A DNA stretch of 60,760 nucleotides, the filler included. It is 4 parts of 4 records of this genome, joined end to end, with 100 filler letters (N's around TTAATTAATTAA, not from the genome) between each part and the next. Parts side by side here need not be neighbours in the genome. Positions count along the whole stretch, not along the records: positions 50,489 to 60,760 come from SRR2962707_4624; 3 more parts are not named here. One strand, given 5' to 3'. A model generated the notes under the pieces. That model ran no database searches, had not been told where the DNA came from, and saw only the letters and a list, made by a program, of their open reading frames with translations. Each line of letters opens with the position of its first letter. Position 1 is the first letter of the stretch. The position numbers and the translations under genes were made by a program. This document shows, in pieces, positions 58,501 through 60,760 of this stretch.

Positions 58501-58568
58501 GGGAGATTTTCATCCGCACCCTGGGCGATCCGAAAACCGCCGGAGACCTTCAATCGGCGGAAAATTAA
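55566..58568 (+). CDS. glnE: Bifunctional glutamine synthetase adenylyltransferase / adenylyl-removing enzyme
   Basis: Two nucleotidyltransferase motifs GMGKLGARELNYSSDIDL and AMGKLGSRELTPASDLDL; VDLRLRP and IDMRLRPSG. Confidence 0.95.
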   Translation: MSTAFSINTQGLPIPTNSEAAHRGFDDFIQSCNDARDTDPALIDAALDFAHAPDGKQLLNGVFADSPYLAQSLIREPAWVGRLVTEGADALSREIIEHTKTGTAGLTDEAQIMHALRVGKRRLALTVALADIAGQWTLYQVTEALSNYADAAAGAAASYVIRRAAERGAFRLKHPDDPQKESGFIIIGMGKLGARELNYSSDIDLICLYDNDVIDTDDHDGLQQHAIRMTRTLAKIIDERTQDGYVFRVDLRLRPDPGSTPLAISVLAAETYYESLGQNWERAAMIKARPIAGDIAAGENFLQHLRPFVWRKSLDFAAIQDIHSIKRQIHAHKGGGEVAINGHNIKTGRGGIREIEFFAQTQQLIWGGREPSVRTSRTIDAIRRLVDLGIVEDEAAETLNAAYEFLRRVEHRLQMLRDEQTQKLPDDDDAIADLAAFCGYAEADTFRADLLQHLESVQARYGALFEDAPALTAENGHAGNLAFTGAESDPETLNTLSRFGFNDPALIDKSIRAWHHGRIRATRSTRARELLTELTPALLTAIGKQPDPDATFIRFDAFVSGLPAGVQLFTMFQAYPDLLQLLSEIMGEAPRLADHLSRRPTLLDSVLSADFYDPLPDAAALRTDCAEALTDVMFFEDILDATRRWNNDRRFQIGIQLLRGVIDPGTAARCFSDIADAVLQTLIPEVIREFETNHGVIEGGAFCVLAMGKLGSRELTPASDLDLIFIYNAGADVSQSDGKRPLAVSQYFSRLGQRIINAVMSMTAEGTLYEIDMRLRPSGNKGPVATSLDGFERYYAETAWTWEFMALVRARAIFDTGGIAGKVEDIIKKSLTRPRDAATAAAEVSSMRGRIEKHFGTDCIWSIKQVAGGQVDVDFLAQYLVLAHAAAHPDIISADASSVFETAAGKGLIDAADGAALAEAKSLYRSLQTFLALTIEGDLTDAKVAAFSEPLREDLMEITGTSSFDELSDRLRKTETGVREIFIRTLGDPKTAGDLQSAEN

Positions 58569-58622
58569 TCCATATCAATACATCAGTACGTATACTCAAT
58601 ATAGACGACACAGGAGACTTCA

Positions 58623-59084
58623 ATGCTTGATACCGGCGACAAAGCCCCGAACTTCGATCTGCCCGTCAACGGCGGCGGCAATCTTTCGCTCAAGGACCTG
58701 AAGGGGAAAACCACCGTACTGTATTTTTACCCCAAGGATTCCACCCCGGGCTGCACCACCGAGGCCCAGGATTTCCGCGACAATATCAAGGCATTTGAGA
58801 AAGCCGGCGCCGTCGTCGTCGGGGTTTCCAAGGACAGCGTCAAACGCCATGACAATTTCGCCGAAAAGCAAAACCTGCCGTTCAAGCTGATATCCGACGA
58901 AAACGGCACGCTCTGTGAGGATTTTGGGGTGTGGGTGGAAAAGAACATGTATGGCCGTAAATACATGGGCATACAGCGTGCGACCTTCGTGATCGATGCC
59001 AAGGGTGTGATCCGTCACGTCTGGCCGAAGGTCAAGGTCAAGGGGCATGCCGAAGAGGTGCTGGGCATAGTCAAAGACCTGTGA
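58623..59084 (+). CDS. bcp: Peroxiredoxin Q / BCP
   Basis: LYFYPKDSTPGCTTEA. Confidence 0.93.
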   Translation: MLDTGDKAPNFDLPVNGGGNLSLKDLKGKTTVLYFYPKDSTPGCTTEAQDFRDNIKAFEKAGAVVVGVSKDSVKRHDNFAEKQNLPFKLISDENGTLCEDFGVWVEKNMYGRKYMGIQRATFVIDAKGVIRHVWPKVKVKGHAEEVLGIVKDL

Positions 59085-59269
59085 ACACCTGCGAACAGGC
59101 ACCTGAGCATGCAATCGGCGGGATAAGTAGGCTGCAATAACGACTGCGGCTAACCACGATACGAATAACCGCCGATGTTTGATATGTAACCCCTTCAACA
59201 GATTAGGGAAACAAAGGCCAATCCCGTTAATATCGTTACGCCCTGCAGAGAGGCCGGAGTCCGCCAGTA

Positions 59270-60760
59270 ATGTTCAGCAACAAGAATAATCATGCTTCGG
59301 ACTCACGGCTTGTCATCGGCATGGCCGTTCTTCTGGCCATCGCCTTCTCGGCTTTCATCTATATAGGCTATGACCGCGTCAATAAGATCGACAAGATCTG
59401 GCAGGTGCAGCAGGAAGAGCATGCACAGAAAGCGGACGCGTTTACGGAGCTGACCCGCGAGATGGGGTACAGCGGCTTGATCCATAACTTCAAGAATTAC
59501 GTCCTGCGCCGAGATGATGTGTACCGAGTCCGTGCCGAAGTGAATGCGGCAAAGATATTCGTCAGCATCGATAAGTTGATGGCTTTAAATCCAAGCTCTG
59601 ACGAATCTGCCGCAATTCAAGAAATCCACAGCGTCGTTGAAGAATACATTGCCCGTCTGGGTGATGCACGACTGGCAATAGAGAGCAATCTGACCGTCCG
59701 CGAAGTCGACCAGATCGTGCGTGTCGATGACTCCCGTGCCGCGAAAGCCATGTTGGATATTCAGGAACTGATTGCCAGGGACAGTGCCGACAAGCTCCAC
59801 GCCATTGATACGGCCCTGGATGGGACTTTGGAAATTCTGATTGGCGGGCTTGCCATGTTGCCGGTGATCCTGATCGGGGCCTTCGTAATCGTCCGCTACA
59901 TTTACCGGATCAGCGCCATGCGCGCGCTGAACAATCGGCAGTCGGATCAACTGGAAATGACCCTTGAATCCATCGATCAGGGTATTTCCATGGTCGACGA
60001 GAACCTCAACCTCGTGGTTATGAACGACCGGTTTTATGAGCTTCTGGATTTCCCGAAAGAAAAGATGCCGCCGGGCATCCCGCTTGAAGTGGCCTTTCGG
60101 ATCAATGCCGAACGGGGCGAATACGGTCCCGGCGACACCGAGGAACAGATCCGCCATCGGCTTGATCTCGCCCGCAAAGCCGAGCCGCACGAATTTGTCC
60201 GCGAACGGCCCGACGGCACGGTTCTAGAAATCCGCGGCAAGCCGATCCCCAGTGGCGGGTTTGTCACCACGTACACGGATACCACGCGCCGGGTTCGGGC
60301 CGAAAAGGAAGCCCGTGAAGCGCGGGCCAGTCTCGTGGACGCCCTTTCCGTCATGGATGAAGCATTCGTTTATTACGATGCCGAAGACAGGCTGGTGCTC
60401 TGTAACGACAAGTACCACGAGTATTATCCGAAATCCAAAGACGTTCAGGTGCCCGGCAATACGTTTGAGTACATCATCCGCGAAGGTGTGAAACGCGGCG
60501 AATACGAGATTGGCGACATGGACCCCGAAGACTGGATCGCGCACCGCGTGGCCATGCACCGCCAGGCCAATTCGACGCTGGAACAAAAGCTCAAATCCGG
60601 CCGATGGCTCAAGATCGCCGAACGCAAAACCCCCGAAGGCGGTATCGTCGGCTTCCGTGTCGACATTACGGCGCTGAAGGAAGCACAGGAATCCGCCGAG
60701 GCCGCGAATGTGGCGAAGTCATCCTTCCTTGCCAACATGAGCCATGAAATCCGCACCCCG
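59270..60760 (+). CDS. Membrane sensor histidine kinase with PAS-like domains (3' end outside window)
   Basis: Not in ORF track (no stop): MFSNKNN...TM...MGYSGLIHNFKNYVLR...TM, two PAS-like repeats, ends at the H-box AKSSFLANMSHEIRTP; GGAG RBS. Confidence 0.88.
   Translation, partial: MFSNKNNHASDSRLVIGMAVLLAIAFSAFIYIGYDRVNKIDKIWQVQQEEHAQKADAFTELTREMGYSGLIHNFKNYVLRRDDVYRVRAEVNAAKIFVSIDKLMALNPSSDESAAIQEIHSVVEEYIARLGDARLAIESNLTVREVDQIVRVDDSRAAKAMLDIQELIARDSADKLHAIDTALDGTLEILIGGLAMLPVILIGAFVIVRYIYRISAMRALNNRQSDQLEMTLESIDQGISMVDENLNLVVMNDRFYELLDFPKEKMPPGIPLEVAFRINAERGEYGPGDTEEQIRHRLDLARKAEPHEFVRERPDGTVLEIRGKPIPSGGFVTTYTDTTRRVRAEKEAREARASLVDALSVMDEAFVYYDAEDRLVLCNDKYHEYYPKSKDVQVPGNTFEYIIREGVKRGEYEIGDMDPEDWIAHRVAMHRQANSTLEQKLKSGRWLKIAERKTPEGGIVGFRVDITALKEAQESAEAANVAKSSFLANMSHEIRTP

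Noticed and set aside
1-58568. Functional link between ntrC and glnE (both nitrogen control)
   Set aside because: They are on different contigs, probably different organisms
52053-59084. YhdP-like / glnE / bcp neighbourhood as a novel system
   Set aside because: Common alphaproteobacterial housekeeping arrangement
1-60760. CRISPR arrays, rRNA, prophage, toxin-antitoxin or anti-phage defence genes
   Set aside because: No regularly spaced repeats or recognisable motifs seen by eye

Overview
The window is not one locus. It is four unrelated contigs joined by identical artificial 100-nt linkers (44 N + TTAATTAATTAA + 44 N) at 12706-12805, 39862-39961 and 50389-50488. Contig 1 (1-12705) looks gammaproteobacterial (Marinobacter-like): the 3' end of ntrC converges on an MSHA type IV pilus operon (mshM-N-E-G-F?-B-A-C-D-O-P-Q). 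Its mshC lacks an ATG/GTG/TTG start upstream of the prepilin motif, and its MshQ carries a glycine-rich domain plus a lectin-like domain. Contig 2 (12806-39861) looks alphaproteobacterial. It holds an AraC/aldehyde dehydrogenase/copper amine oxidase module, a GntR-linked catabolic cluster (FAD/Fe-S oxidoreductase, serine-glyoxylate-type aminotransferase, TRAP transporter, Glu-less crotonase, family III CoA transferase, GlcG) and a catecholate-type siderophore uptake cluster with its own ExbB-ExbD-ExbD-TonB, ending at a tRNA-Ser 3' end. Contig 3 (39962-50388) is bounded by two same-orientation IS6 ends. It carries a LacI-regulated, functionally unassigned cluster (sugar-type ABC transporter, phosphotriesterase-like, DUF1355/GATase-like, PfkB kinase, BtpA/SgcQ, TenA_E, M20 amidohydrolase) laid out as two apparently interleaved antisense operons. 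This is the best candidate for an undescribed system. Contig 4 (50489-60760) is alphaproteobacterial housekeeping DNA: tyrS end, EEP protein, YhdP/AsmA-like, glnE, bcp and a PAS histidine kinase. All calls rest on motif recognition by eye; no database search was run.
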